From: the human T2T-CHM13v2.0 reference genome, Homo sapiens | Assembly: GCF_009914755.1 (NCBI RefSeq) | Contig: NC_060927.1 | Length of the DNA: 64,000 nt | Strand: one strand, 5' to 3' | Shown here: positions 21,400-40,029 of the stretch, piece by piece | Numbering within the stretch: position 1 is the stretch's first letter | Layout of the letters: each line of letters begins with the position of its first letter | Program-made: the position numbers and the translations under genes | The notes under the pieces: model-generated | The model's database searches: none | What the model was told of the DNA's origin: nothing | What the model saw: the letters and a program-made list of their open reading frames with translations, nothing else

Positions 21400-22338
21400 C
21401 AAGATTCATAAGGAAAAAGTAAGACATTCCCAGATAAACAAATGCTGAGGGAGTCTGTTGTTAGTAGACCTGCCCAACAAGAAATGCTAGAGTAAATCCT
21501 TCAGGCAGAAAGAAAAGATCACTACAAAGTAACTCAAAGCCATTCAAAAAGAATGAACACGAGCTAAGGTAACTATATAGGTATTAAAAATCCAGTATTA
21601 TTGTGTTTTTGATTTGTAACTCTTCTTTTTTCTCAAATGATTTAAAAGACGATGCATAAAACAGTAATTATAAGTTAATGGGCACACAATGTATGAAGAT
21701 GTAACTTGTGACAACAATATAAGGGGGAGGGACAGAGCTATACAGAAGTGGAGTTTTGGTATATAATAGATGCTAAGTTGATATTAAAAATTGTTATACA
21801 TATAAAAGGTTACAGTCTCCAGGATAACGACTAAGCAAATAATGAGAAAAAAATACATCAAAAAAAAAGTGATGGGAATAAAAATGGTACTATGGTACTG
21901 TGGTCTGAATGTGTCCCCTCCAAAGTTCAGGTGCTGCAAATCTGCTAGTATTAAGAGGTGGAACCTTTAAGACATGATGAGGCCATGAGGGCTCATTCCT
22001 CATTAATAGAACTAAGGCCCTTATAAAGAAAAAAAGCAGCAGCAGCTTCAGATGGCATTTGGCTAGCTTGTTCTCTTGTCCTTCTGCAATGTGAAGATTG
22101 AACAAGAAAGTCTTCATCAGATCAGAAATAGGCTCCTCAACCTTGGACTTCTCAGCCTCTATAACTGTGAGAAATAAATTTCTTTCATTTATAAATTAGC
22201 TGGTCTGTGGTATCCTGTTACAGCAGCACAAAACAGACTAAGTACACTACCAAAAAAAAATTTAATGCAAAAGAAGGTACTAATGGAGAAACTGAGGGAC
22301 AAAAAAGACATGACATCATTGAAAGCAGTGAGCAAAAT
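21400..22338 (+). mobile_element. Old L1M fragment (end of ORF1 and inter-ORF region), interrupted by an MST LTR
   Basis: aagacattcccagataaacaaatgctgagggag ... agacctgcccaacaagaaatgcta matches the L1M ORF1 3' end. Confidence 0.65.
21895..22246 (+). mobile_element. MST (MaLR) solo LTR
   Basis: tgtggtctgaatgtgtcccctccaaagttcaggtg ... cagcagcacaaaacagactaagtaca. Confidence 0.8.
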
Positions 22339-22371
22339 GCCTGGCATGGCAGCTCCTGCCTGTAATGCTGT

Positions 22372-25008
<2,637 letters not shown>

Positions 25009-25011
25009 CTC

Positions 25012-26695
25012 TTTATACACAATCTACAGATTCAGTGCAATCCGTATCAAAGTTCTAATGGCTGTTTTTGCAGAAATAAAAAAGTTGATCCTCAAATTCA
25101 TATGGAATTGCAAGGAGCTCCAGATAGCCAAAATAATATTGAAAAAGAACAAAATTGGAAGATTCCATGCTTCCTGATTTCAAAACTCAATACAAGGTAC
25201 AGAAATCAAAACAGTGTGGTACTGGCTGGCATAAGGACAGACATATAGACCAATACAGTAGAAATTGAGATTCCAGAAATTATCCCATACATCTATGTCC
25301 AATTGAGTTTTGACAAGGGTGCAAGACCATCAATGGGGAAATTGTCTCTTCAAGAAATAGTGTTAGAAAACTGGATATTCACAAGCAAAAGAATGAAGAT
25401 AAACCCCTACATCATACCATCTACAAAAATTAATTCAAAAGGGACCAATGACCTAAATATAAAAGCTAGAGCTATAATACTTTTATACAAGGCCATAGAT
25501 GTCAATATTCACAACCTTGAATTTGAATATAGATAATTATGACACTAAAAGTACAAGTAACAAAAGAAAACAAAGTTCATCAAAATTAAAATCTTTTGTC
25601 CACCGATAGACATTAAGAAGTTGTTGACAAGAAAATCTACAGAATAGGAGAACATATTTGCAAATCATGTATCTATCTGATAAGAGTCTTGTATCCAAAA
25701 TATATTAAGAACTCTTAAACTCAACAAAAAGACAACCCAATTCAAAAATAGACAAAGGAATTGGATAGACATTTCTTCAAAGAAGATGTACAAATGGCCA
25801 AAAAGCATATAAAAAGATGTTCAACATCATTATTCATTAGAAAAATGCAAATCAAAACCACAATGAGATATCACTGCATACTTAAAAGGATGGTGTTATG
25901 AAATGAATTGTGTCCCTCAAATAAAGATATGTTGAAGTCCTAACTCCCACTACTTAAAAATGTGATCTTATTTGGAAATAGGGTATTTACAGAGGTAATC
26001 AAAATGAGGTCATTAAGGTAAGCCCTAATCCAATATTACTGGTGTCCTCCTAAAAAGAGGAAACTAGACAAAGAATGCACAGAGCAAAGATGGTGAGAAG
26101 ACGTACAGGGAGGAAGCCATGTGAAAATAAAGATAGAGTTTGGAGTGATGCATCTACAAGTCAAAGATTGCCAACAAACCACCAGAAGCTGGGGAAAACG
26201 TGGGAACAGATTCTCCCTCACAGCTCTCAGAAGGAACTAACCTGCCAGCACCTTGACTGCTGGCTTCCAAAACTGTGAGATAAATTTTTAAAGTCACCCA
26301 GTTGGTGGAAACAACCCGGTGTCCATCAAAGGACGAATGGATAAACAAAATGTGGTACAGACATACAATGGAGTATCATTCAGCCATTCAAAAGAACAAA
26401 ACACAAATGAACTTTGTAAAAATGCTATATGAAGTAAGCCAGACAGTGTATGATGCTATTTTATGAAATATTCAGAATAGGTAAATCCACAGAAATAGAA
26501 AGCAGATTATTAGTTTCTAGGGGCAGCAGGAGGTGATTGTTTAATAGGTATGAAGTTTTCTTTGGGGGTGATGAAAAGGTTTGGAACTTGATAGAAATAG
26601 TAGTTGTAAAATATTGTGAATGTACTAAATGCACTGAATTGTACATTTTAAAATAGTTATTTGTATGTTATGTGACTTTCACCTCAATAAAAAAA
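25012..26695 (+). mobile_element. L1MB-type ORF2 3' part and 3'UTR, interrupted by MLT1
   Basis: aatctacagattcagtgcaatcc, acagtgtggtactgg, caaatcaaaaccacaatgagata; ends cacctcaataaaaaa. Confidence 0.8.
25894..26305 (+). mobile_element. MLT1B/C (MaLR) LTR
   Basis: tgttatgaaatgaattgtgtccctc ... gttgaagtcctaactccc ... gtgatcttatttggaaataggg. Confidence 0.78.
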
Positions 26696-27424
26696 GCAAT
26701 CAGATCTTTTGAAAATCTGTTACCATATATAATTTACATTTTCTGAATTATTCTCATCTTTATTTCACATTTGTCAGTGTTTCAACAATGCATTATACAT
26801 TTTCTTAGGTTTAGGTACATAAGAATTACCATTCACTTCACAGTGATGGCTTTCCATGAAAGAAGAAACCAAAAAGAATTTCAACTGGATTTAAAATAGA
26901 AAAATACTACAGAGAATCAGAACAATGTATTGTAAGAAACTTCAGCTTCACTGTCAGGCATAGGTGTGAATTCTGGCCTTATCATATATTAGTTCTATGG
27001 TTCTGAGCAGTTTCTTGCCTTCTCCAAACCTCAGCTTTCTCATCTATAAAATAGGGATAATGTAGTGGTGGGAATCAAATGAGATACAGTTTATTTGTGT
27101 AAAGCCTCCATCACAATGCTTTGCATAAGCAGGCCAAAAATAAAACAAACTACCATGGCTTCAAATTGTTCTATTTCCAGAGACAGATCAAGCACACCCC
27201 TCATTACTACATAATAAGAAAAAAAAACTATTAAGGAGTAATAGCATTCAGAGATTACAATAAAAGACGTTAACTTCATTGTGGCATATATTACAATGAA
27301 CTACCACTTTTAGATTAGTCTGTAGGCAGCAATTATTGTTTATTTATTAAGTTCTGTGAGAACTAAGGATATGCCGCAAGTGATTCAGTATAACAAAAAG
27401 ACAATTTTCCTATAAACTTTATGT

Positions 27425-27713
27425 ATTTATTGTTTGTTAATTTTTGGAGAGATGGAGTCTTGCTGTGTCTTCCAGGATGGAGTACAGTGGCACAATTATA
27501 GCTCACTGTAACAATTACTAGGCTCAAGCAAGCTTCCTGCTTCAGCCTCCCGAACAGCTAGAACTACAGGTGTGCACCACCACAACTGTTATTTTTATTA
27601 CTTTTTTAAAGGCAGGGTCTACAAGGTGGTCTCCAACGCCTGGCTTCAAGCAATCCTCTCACCTCGGCCTTCCAAAGTGCTGGGATTACAGGCGTGAGCC
27701 ACTGTGGCCAGCC
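27425..27713 (-). mobile_element. AluJ
   Basis: Diverged antisense Alu. Confidence 0.88.
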
Positions 27714-27883
27714 CCAATTTTTCTATTAAAATAGGACATAGCACACCATTATAAGCCCATGAAACAAAGTACAATTTGAAAATTTCATGTGCATCTTTCC
27801 ACAATAGAAAAAACTTCTGAGAAACAAACCATTTAAGGCCAATAAGAGATTTTACTGTCAATATTTTGAACACATATTCTCAA

Positions 27884-28188
27884 TTTTTTTTTTTTTTTTT
27901 TTTTGGAGACAGGGTCTCACTCTGTGGCCCAGGCTGGAGTGCAGTGGCATGATCATGGCTCACTCAGTCCCCATGGGCTCAAGCAATCCAGCAATCCTCC
28001 CACCTCAGCCTCCTGCATAGCTGACACTACAGGTGCATGCCTCCATGCCTGGCTAATTTTTATATTTTTTTGTAGAGACTGGGTTTTGCCAAGTTACCCA
28101 GGCTGGTCTCGAACTCCTGGGCTCAAGCAACCCATAGGTCTTGGCTTCCCAAAGTGCTGGGATTCAGGCATGAGCCACCGCGCCCAGC
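27884..28188 (-). mobile_element. AluJ
   Basis: Poly(T) plus antisense Alu. Confidence 0.9.
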
Positions 28189-28390
28189 TCTAAAATTTCT
28201 GTATCTCAAAATATAAATATTTCTATCATAAAATTGCAGGTTTTTAAAGGAAAAGCTGAAGTGGAAAATAAAAGCTAAAAAACAAAAGTGTTTTTAGAAT
28301 AATTAGAAACTTCAGACATCTAACTTAGGCAGAAACTATTGATAATAGATACGATACCCAAACTAACAAAACATTGAAAGGATTTTTTAA

Positions 28391-28755
<365 letters not shown>

Positions 28756-28964
28756 AACGTACACCAATATTTTAAGGAGAAAAAGCTGAGGTTCCAATAA
28801 GAAGTGACCAATATAGATTGTATATCTATATATTATTCACTGGTCATCAGCTATGTATTCCTGAGAAATAACTTTCCAATAGTCTTAAATTTCTGAACAT
28901 TTTGCAAATAGAGGCAACAACGGCCTTTACTTCAGACCATTTTTTCAAAGATGTTCATATAATA

Positions 28965-29585
<621 letters not shown>

Positions 29586-30343
29586 AAATTAAAAGAGTAG
29601 ACATACTTACTGTCCATAATAAAAGGTTCAGATTCCCTAAATTCAGGGTTTCCCTCCTCCAACACAAGCAAGCCACTGCATGTGCAGGTAGTACCTGGCC
29701 TTCATGTTGCTCTGTGGGAAGTAGGGCTCAAGGAACAAATGCAAGAAAAGGCTGACATACTGCTATTGCTGGAATTGTCATGTCTTCTGCCAGAATCCAT
29801 AGAAGTGTGGCAGCTAAGTTCTTAGCTTGCAAGTAGGGTAAAATCTCAGATCCTTCACAGTTCCTAACATGGATCAGATACTATGCTAGGTACTGGGAGC
29901 TCAGAGGGATTAGGGTTAGAATTTCATACCCAAAGACCTTGCAGTCATCTAGTACTACTGCTATTACCATCTATCCATTAGGCACACGACCATTTAACTT
30001 AAACTTCATTAATAACATTATACTTTCTTTCTAACTTTTAATCAAAGTAATGTATGTAAGGAAAAAAACTGAAGTACATTATGGCTTATTATTAAAATCA
30101 ACAGTTCTCATATCACATTTCTTCCCACTGCTTGGTTAGTTTCCAAGAGGCAATTACTTTAACCATTTCCATTTTTTATTACATAAGATGTTGTCTATGT
30201 CACTCTAAATTATATGTTTATACTTTAAGTTCCTGATATAAACTTAATCCACTGCATTTTTACTATGAAAACTAAATATTTTGGCTCATTATGCTACTTA
30301 CCATCTACCCTTTCTTTCTCCCCCCATTAAAAAAAGAAATTAA

Positions 30344-30662
30344 GTGGCTCATGTCTATAATGCCAGCACTTTGGGAGGTCAAGGTGACAGGACTGCTTGA
30401 GCCATGAGTTCAAGACCAGCCTAGGCAACACAGCAAGACCTCTATCTCTACAAAAAAGTAAAAAATTAGCTGGGCATGGTGATGTGCACCTGTAACCCCA
30501 GCTACTTAGGAGACTGAGGCAAGAGGATCACTTAGGCCCAGGAGTTCAAGGTTGCAATGAGATATGATCACACTACTGCACTCCAGCCTGCGTGACAGAG
30601 CAAGACCCTGTCTATTAAAAAAAAAAAAAAAAAAAAAAGCGAAAAGAAAAAAAAGAAAAAAA
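30344..30662 (+). mobile_element. AluJ
   Basis: gtggctcatgtctataatgccagcactttgggagg ... long poly(A). Confidence 0.9.
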
Positions 30663-30759
30663 TTTAAGGTATAATTTCCACACAGTAAAATATATCCCCT
30701 TTTTACTCAGGGACTAAGTTTTTCCTAAAAAAGTAAAAGTTTTTAAATAAAATATATTT

Positions 30760-32800
30760 CCTTTTATCATAGTTCTGCAACATTTGACAAATTCACTTTT
30801 GATATTACCCTGCAATCAACACAGATCATTCCCATTACCCAAAAATATTTCCCTTGTCCTTTATAACACCTCTCCTGCTCCCAGCAATCACTCTGTACCT
30901 ACAGATTTGTCATACAAATAGAATTATACACCATAGTGCTTTTGAGTCTGACTTCTTTCACTTAGTATAATGTATTTGAGAACCTTACATGTTAATGGGT
31001 GTACCAGTAATTTATTCCTTTCTATTGCCAGGTAATATTCCATTGTATGACTATACCACAATTTGTTTATCCAATCACACACTGAAGAACATCTGGGTTG
31101 TTTCTAGTTTTTGGCAATTATGAATAATGCCTACACTATAAACACTTAGGAACAGATTTTTATGTGTACTTATGCTTTTATTTCAATTCTATAAATACTA
31201 GTTACAGGTATCACTGTGTCACATAGCATGTGTAAGCTTCATTTTATAAGAAGTTGCCACACTCCTTTTCAAAGTGACTCTATGACTTGCATTTCCTCCA
31301 CTATTGTATGAGACTTTCAGTCACTCTGCATCCTCACTAGCACTTAGTATTGCTTGATTTTTTTAAATTAGACCAATTCTATTTGGCATATCATGGTATT
31401 CATTGTAGTTTTAAATTTCATTTCACTAATGAGCTATATTTTTTCCTGTGCTTATATTTACCATTCACACTTTTTCTTTGGTGAACTGTCTACTCAAATG
31501 TTTTGCCCATTTAAAAAACTGTTTTCTAATTACTGAGTTTTGAGAGTTCTTTATATCTTTTGGATTCACATCTTTTATGAAATTTATGATTTGCAAATAG
31601 TTTCTTCCAGTCTGTGGCTTATCTTGTTCTCTTAAAGCTGTCTTTTGCAGAGCAAAATTTTTAATTTTGGTAAAGTCTAATTTATCACTATTTTCTTTCA
31701 GGGAACACACCAAACCCAAGCTCGTGCAGATATTCTGTTTTCTTTTGTTAAGTTTCACATTTTACAGTTACTTAGTTCTATAATCAATTTTTAAATAATT
31801 TTTATATAAGCTTGGAGGTATATGTCTAGGATTTTTGCATTTGGATATCCAATTGTTCTAGATCTACTTGTTCTAGAACTCTGGAGTTGTTCTGGAACTC
31901 CACATTACCATTTCCTTATTAAATTGCCCTGGCACCTTTGTTTAAAAATCAGTTGCCCGTATATATGTGGGTCTACTTCTGAACTCTATTCTGTCCAATT
32001 AATCTGTCTTCATCATTTCCCTAATACCACACCATCTTAATTACAATAGTTTTCAGTAAGTTTTGAAATCAGGAAATATGTGTCTCCACTTTTTCATTTT
32101 CATCAGTCTTTCATGTAAAGATCTCATGTATATTTTGGATTTCTGGTACTGCTGTATATGGTATTAGGTTGCTACAAAAGTATTTGCAGTAAAAGCCACA
32201 ATTATGTTTGCAGCAAACTAATACTTTTTGAAATGTTTAATTTCCAATTGTTCACTGTAAGAAATAGAATTGATTTTTGTATATTGAGTAAGTATCCTTC
32301 CACCTACTAGTTACAGTAGCATCTTGCTAGGTTCTTTGAGATTTTTTACACTGATAATCACTTTGAGAATAGAAAAAGGTTTTCTTTCTTCTTTTCTAAT
32401 CTTTTGTTTTTCTTGCTTTATTGCTCTGCTTTAAATCCTACTTTATAGGATTTCAAATTATTTACATTTGTAATGGATTTTAAAGACCTAGACTATGATC
32501 TACCTGGGTTACTATTTCATGTCTCCTGTTGCTGGGTAACATGTTCTACAGATGTTAATTAGGTAAAGTTGGTTGACAGTATTGTTCAAGGCTTCTATAT
32601 CCTTCCTGACTTTCTGCCTGCTTCTTCTGTTAATTATTAAGAGGAGTGCTGAAGTCTCCAAATGTAACTGTGGATTTTTCTAGTTCTCTTTTCAGTTCTC
32701 TATTATTAATTCATGTATTTTGAAGCTATGTTGTTGGGGCATAAATATTTATAATTTTTATATCGTGTTGGTGAATTGACTGCTGTGTATTTCTCTTTTC
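30760..32800 (-). mobile_element. Old L1M (MB/MC/ME-type) fragments
   Basis: cttctttcacttagtataatg, tattccattgtatg, catctgggttgtttctagtttttgg. Minus ORF 31465-31758 (DKLDFTKIKNF) resembles ORF2p. Confidence 0.72.
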
Positions 32801-33056
32801 GGGGAGGAGAGGAGAATAAATGCAGGGGTACCCATTTTCTTTGGCCATATTCTGTTGTTTAATTGCTGTTTCTTAAGCTGGATACCAAGCTCATTAATTT
32901 TCAGTGATTTTGTAACACTATTAAGGTTAATTAAAAAGGAAAATGAAATGTGATCCTGTAAGTATGCTTTATAAAAAAAATCAGCAACACCAGCTGAGTC
33001 ACAATGATCTCTTTTCTGATCACCAAAATTCTGATTATTTAAAACATCTATTTCTT

Positions 33057-33366
<310 letters not shown>

Positions 33367-34691
33367 CTATTGTTGAAGGTATCTTTTTCAAGTAGTTTTC
33401 TCTGAGATAAAAATAACCACATGGAGTTCTACCTTACGTACATTTTAATGATGTTTTTCTTAACTCTCATTCAATATTTTAATGTACGCTTGGAGTTTTC
33501 AAGATCTAATCTGCACTTAGGCCAACCTGCAAAATTCAACCTCATCAAAATGTTTTACATGGCATTTTCATTCATTGACTCTCTGCCCTTTAGAATACAG
33601 TCCACCAGCTGCTTCACTCTAGTGAGATCCACTCAATAAAGACATCATATAAAAGCAAGACATTATTTACAGCTTGCTGGCATGCACTATACATCTGTGT
33701 TCATCTCAGATAAAAGGTTACAATGCAGGTCTAAAGGGTAATGTGAAAATTACTAACCAGCTTCAGCTAAGTAAGGAGTATCCTTGTGGATCAAGGGCAA
33801 ATGGAGAAATACAGTGGAGTCAAAAGCAAAGAGTATACAAACATGGTCATTACTATTAACTATAAACATTAATTTTCTTGAGATAATGTTAGTATATTAA
33901 GATTTTTTTTAAAGGTGATTCTTTATGACTGCTAAAAAACGCCTCTAATTTCTTCTAGATTCCCTATCACATTTGTTGGTGGTAGTTTCTAACATTTTCT
34001 ATAACCAGAATATCATTCATAACCCCTTTACTCTCCAGCTGATGACCCTCCTTACTTTATTTACAAGGAAGAGTGAGACCAGTTGATACACTCCATCAAC
34101 TTCCCTTTGCTGTGTCTTAACTATTTCCTCTATGTTCCCACATTGCTGAGGGGTATGACTTTCTCTGTCACCATTCTTTGGTTCAAGTACATATCGTCCT
34201 TCCTCCAATAAGTTACTTTTTCACTTGTGTCTTTGAGTTCCTATTTGCCTCTCTCTGCATACCACCATGCATACTCTAGCATCCACCTCATACCTAAATA
34301 TGCCCATTCACTCTTCCAACATTTTTAAAGCACCTAACAAGTGTAACTCATTGGATTGCCATGAGACAGAAAGTTAAGTAAAAATCCAGTCCTCCTTTCG
34401 GGAAACTCACAAACTATTGGGAAAGATGAACAGGTAAACAAATAATTACAATCAAGTGTAACAAATGTTAAGAGCAAAGGCATGTACAATCCAGTCATGG
34501 TATAAAGAAAAGAGAACTTAATTCTGCTTGGTTAGAGAGATATTTTCTTTCTTTTATATCTTCATCAAGCCCACCCTCTCTGACAGTTCTTTCTTCTCCT
34601 CCTCTTTCTACAGATAGGCTCAGGTCTTAAACCCAGAAATGAACAATGATGCTTAAGCTAATACCACTATAGCATCCCCTTTACTGGCACT

Positions 34692-34978
34692 TTTTTTTTT
34701 TCTTGAGACAGGGTCTCACTCCATTGCCAATGCTGGAGTGCAGTGGCATGATCACGGCTCCCTGGAGGCTCAACTTCTTGGGCTCAGGTGATTCTTCTAC
34801 CTCTGCCTCCTGAGTAGCTGAGGCTACAGTTGCATGCCACCACACCTGCTAATTTTTTGTAGAGACAGGTTTTTGCCATGTTGCCCAGGCTGGTCTTGAA
34901 TGCCTGGGCTCAGCAATCTGCCTGCCTCAGCCTCCCTACTAAGTGCTAGCATTACAGGTACAAGCCACTGCACCTGGC
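34692..34978 (-). mobile_element. AluJ
   Basis: Poly(T) plus antisense Alu. Confidence 0.9.
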
Positions 34979-36975
34979 CTGACACATTTTTTGGAAAGGT
35001 TATTTACTGTCTTTCATTAATTTTTTAAGCAAGTATAATCTTGCTTTTGGTTTCCACCATTTTACTGACACCTCACCAAAGTCAAAGTCAAATAATCCTC
35101 TCAGCATATCCAACCACCTTTTCTTAGTTCTCTCCATGAAAAGAAATCTCTGCTACAAGGGACTCTGTGGAACTTATTCTCTTCTCAAAATTTTCTCCTT
35201 GACTTTTGTGATACTTCACTACCCTAATGTATTTTCTCCCTCTCTCCCCATTTCTGTTCAGTCTTCATTGATCCCACCTCCTTTTAATGCTTGACAAAGA
35301 GAAGGATTAGCCAAGATTACATTTTCAAACACAGCTTTTGACACCCTACCTCTTCTCTCCCTCCAGCAAACTCATGATAATAAGCTCTAAAGTAGAGTGG
35401 AGTTCAGGGAAAAAAAAAAAATCTTAAGAGTCAGAAAGCCTGGCTTCAATTTTTGGTTCTGCCACTGACTTCCTACCTATGCACCATGGCATGTCACATC
35501 CTAGGACTCCAAAAAAGAGAATGGCTTTCTACCTATGCTACAATTCTAACTGAAAAGACCATCAGATTTCTAGTCCTAAATTATCTAATGCCCTAAATCC
35601 ACATTAATACCATTTAAATGCAGACATAATATGTTAACATAGATACACTAAGAACTTGTATTGTTTTCAAAAAGGTGATCCTTTATGATTGCTTAAAAAA
35701 AAGCCACTAATTCTTTATTTCTAGATTCCTTATCAAATATGTTAGCAGCAGTTTATAACCACTAAAATTAAGTCACTCAAACCGAAACCAACTATACTTC
35801 CTTTAAGTTACCTATTAGTATTTATGTATTGGTGCCACCATTATCCTAAGCTTGAAATCTTAATACTCCTATAGTCTTTCATTTGTGCATTCTCTCTCCC
35901 TAATTCCCAACCTTCGTGCAAGGCCTAATTCAAAGGGCATCTCTTCCATAAAGGGTTCCTTGACCTCTTCAGCTGGTTATAGTCTTTCCCTCATCAGAAG
36001 ACCCAAAACAGTCTATGTGTACCTCTCATGACACTTGGTTTATGTTTTTTTTTTTTCAGACACTGGTTTTGTGGGAGCAGGATTTATATCTGATTCTTCC
36101 TTGCATACTCTATGGCACCTTGAACACTGCTTTGCTCAAAGTACTAAAAAACTGTTTAAGATTTGTTATCTGAACTTTGGACACAGAAGCAGCTGTAAAG
36201 TTGTCTAGAGTAACAATTTTCTTTAAATAAAAATAACAGTTTAAAGATGTATGATGATTTAGATGTTCTAACTCTAAAATATATAATGTTCTTCTTAAGC
36301 TAAGGAAGCAGAAGCTCTTCCCCTATTCCTTCAAAATTCCAGTCAACTTGAAAGCACACTATAGAAAATAGTCTTTGCTATGTCACAATATTAATTTTTT
36401 AAAGGTAGAGTTACTACTACTAAAAAATGTACTGTTTCACATTTGGTTTTACAATCTGAGCATTTCCATTGTTCATAAGACAAAGTATTTTGACAAACTA
36501 TTTGATCTACCATCAGAAGTGTAGATTAAACACAGCAATAACTGATGCCTATCAGAACATTCAGCCAGTATGTACTACATTATCATCTGCTCAGAAAATA
36601 ATTTCCCAAACTGCAATATGCTGTCATTAATTTTCAGCTTCATTAATAAGCTTCCATGCATTGCTCAAAAATTTTATTTTTAAAGATGTAGTCCCCAGTT
36701 GAGATAGTAAAACAAACTGAGGTGTGGAGGAAGGTTTCCAGCTTCCTTTATGACTAGGAAAAATAAAAATGCAGCTTAGCAGACAGAAGAACTAGAATTT
36801 CCCAAGAGTCTAAACCAGATAAGTCAAGGTTTTAACTTAATTCATCTTGAAGATAAGATGTCTGGTGTGAGGCCTGACAAGTGGTACACAGCATCACTGC
36901 AAGAACATTAAATAAAACCGACAGATCTGTCTAAGGCCTCATTACTGCAGATGCAGAGAGAAGAATATGACCTAC

Positions 36976-37058
36976 CTGGCTTATCCCTCCAGGAGAGATC
37001 TTGTATGACTGCAACTTTTGCTTCAGCAGCTCTGGATCACTGTGACGGAATGGGCACC
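36976..37058 (-). CDS. PRIM2: PRIM2-type exon (equivalent to exon 12, residues 383-410, 83 bp)
   Basis: Read by hand, not in the ORF track: (G)[27 protein letters not shown]. Acceptor tttttttgttgtcAG (37059-37060), donor GTaggt (36974-36975). Phase 1 start fits the previous exon. Contains C384. Confidence 0.95.
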
Positions 37059-38449
37059 CTGACAACAAAAAAATAAGCCAGCACACAAACAAGGTTATTT
37101 ACCCACAACTTAGTACAATACCACACTCGAGAGACCATCTAAGCTCCCCTTAATTGTCTAACAGCTTATTAATAAAAAAAGGTAATTGCCCATGGGTGCA
37201 ACTGCTTTCCTCTTTTCATCTAAATGATTACTTAGCTGTATGGTTATCAGGGCACTCCAGGCTCAAGAGTTACATAAAACATTGCAGCATTCTCAGGCTA
37301 AGATGTCCATTCAACAGGAAGAGGGAAAACAGCTTTAATTATGCTCCTTGCTAACAAGCACAAATAATCACAAAATAGCTATGTAATAGTTTATTTTAAA
37401 ACTTTAACAATCTTCTTATATTCTAGTCTAAAAATTATATAAAAGGCATATGAGAGAAGGAAGATAGATAAACAAAATGAAAAACATGCAAACTCTGAGA
37501 AAGAAAAAAATTCAACATCATTTTCAAACGTAAATTATATGCCTATTTCCTAAAGCGTAGAATCTATGAAAATGTAAAAGAATCATGGATGGAAATGAGA
37601 TGAAAAAATAAACTATTTCATAGAAAAACAATTTATGGTGGATATGTGTCATCGTTATATTATTTCATGAAAAAAATGAAAGACCACTAGAAATATTCAC
37701 ATAAATAAGAATACAGAAGAATTTGAAATACAAAAGCTGTTTTAGGACAAAATCTAGAAAATTTTAGATATTTTAACAAACTGCAATGGTAAGTCAAAAT
37801 GCTTATTAAAAATTTAATACAGAAAAGTCTTTTTTTTCAGTCATACAGATGATAGATTTGTAAGTTAATAATTGTGCATTTTTCACAAATTAGAAAATCT
37901 AGAGGAAATGACTAAGTTCCAGGAAACACACAACCTTCCGTGACTGAAGCAGGAAGAAAGTGAAAATCTGAACAGACCAATAATGAGGTCTGAAATTGAA
38001 TCTGGAATAAAAAACCTATCAACCAGAAAAAGCCCTGGACCAGGTAGATTCACAGCCAAATTCTACCAGATGTACAAAGAAGAATCGGTACCAATCCTAC
38101 CAAAACTATTCCAAAAAACTAAGGGGGGCGACTCCCCCCATTAACTCAATTTATGAAGCCAGCATCACCCTGATACCAAAATCTGGCCGAGACACAATGA
38201 AAAAAAGAAAACTTCTGGCCAATATCTCTGATGACCATAGAATCAAAAATCCTCAACAAAATACTAGCAAACTGAATCCAGCAGCACATCAAAAAGCGAA
38301 TTCACCATGATCAAATAGGCTTTATTTCTGGGATGCAAGTCTGACTCAACATATGCAAATCAATAAAAGTGATTCACCACATAAACAGAATTAAAAACAA
38401 AAAACATATTATCTCAATAGAAAAAGCTTTCAATAAAATCCAATATCCT

Positions 38450-38749
38450 GGCCAAGCGTGGTGGCTCACGCCTGTAATCCCAGCACTTTGGAAGGCCGAG
38501 GCAGGCGGATCACGAGATCAGGAGATCAAGATCATCCTGGCTAACACGGTGAAACCCCATCTCGACTAAAAATACAAAAAATTAGCTGGGCATGGCGGCA
38601 GGCACCTGTAGTCCCAGCTACTCAGGAGGCTGAGGCAGGAGAACGGCATGAACCCAGGAGGCGGAGCTTGCAGTGAGCCCAGATCGCACCACTGCATTCA
38701 AGCCTGGGAAACAGAGTGAGACTCCATCTCCAAAAAAAAAAAAAAAAAA
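38450..38749 (+). mobile_element. AluY-like
   Basis: gatcaagatcatcctggctaacacggtgaaaccc; gcggagcttgcagtgag. TSD aaaatccaatat on both sides. Confidence 0.92.
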
Positions 38750-39150
38750 TCCAATATTCCTTCATGATAAAAACCCTCAAAAAACTAGATACCAAAGGAA
38801 TATACCTCAAAATAATAAGAACTATCCAAGAGAAACCCACAACCAACACCATACTGAATGGGCCAAAGCTCAAACCATTTCCCTTGAGAATGGGAACAAG
38901 ACAAGGATGCCCACTCTCCCCACTCTTACTCAAAATACTACTGGGAGTCCTACCCAGAGCAATCAGGCAAAAGAAAGAAATAAAAGCCATCCAAATAGGA
39001 AAAGAAGTCAAACTATCTTTCTTTGCTGATGATATGATTCTATACCTAGAAAACCCTAAAGAATGCACCAAAAAGGCTCCTGGAATTAATCAATGACTTC
39101 AGCAAAGTTTCAGGATACAAAATTAATATATAAAAATCAGTAGCATTTCT

Positions 39151-39408
39151 TTTTTGAGACAGAGTCTCACTCTGTCACCTGGTGCAGTGGTGCCATCTCA
39201 GCCAACTGCAACCTCCGCCTCCTGAATAGCTGGAATTACAGGTGCACACCACCACGCCTGGCTAATTTTTGTTTTGCTTTTTAATTTTAGTAGAAATGAG
39301 GTTTCACCATGTTGGCCAGGCTGGTCTTGAACTCCTGACCTCAAGTGATCTACCCGTGTTGGCCTCCCAAAGTGCTGGGATTACAGGCATGATCCACCAC
39401 GACCAGCC
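39151..39408 (-). mobile_element. Alu (internally deleted)
   Basis: 20-bp TSD TAAAAATCAGTAGCATTTCT at 39131-39150 and 39410-39429. Confidence 0.9.
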
Positions 39409-40029
39409 TTAAAAATCAGTAGCATTTCTACATACCAACAATGTTCAAGCTGAGAGCCAAATCAAAAACACAATTCTGTTTACAGTAGCCACCAAAAAAT
39501 AAATAAATAAAATATTTAGGAATACATCTAAGCAAGGAAGTGAAAGGTCTCTACAAGAAGAACTACAAAACGCTGCTGAAAGAAATCAGAGACAACACAA
39601 ACAGAAAAACATTCCATGCTCATGGATTGGAAGAATCAATATCATTAAAATGGCCATACCACCCTAAGTAATGTACAGATTCAATGCTATTTCTATCAAA
39701 CTACCAATGTCATTTTTCACAGAATAAGAAAACAACTATTCTAAAATTCATATGGAACTAAAAAAGAGCCTAAATGACCAAAGCAATCCTAAGCAAAAGG
39801 AACAAAGCCAGAGGCATCACTCTACCTAACTCCAAACTATACTATAAGGCCATTGTAACCAAAACAGTATGGTACTGGTACAAAAACCGACACATAGACT
39901 AATGAAACAGAATAGAGAATCAGAAATAAGACAGCATACCTACAACTATCTGACCTTCAACAAAGTCAATAAAAATAGGCAATGGAGAAAGGACTCCCTA
40001 TTCAATAAATGTGTTGGAATAACCAGCTA

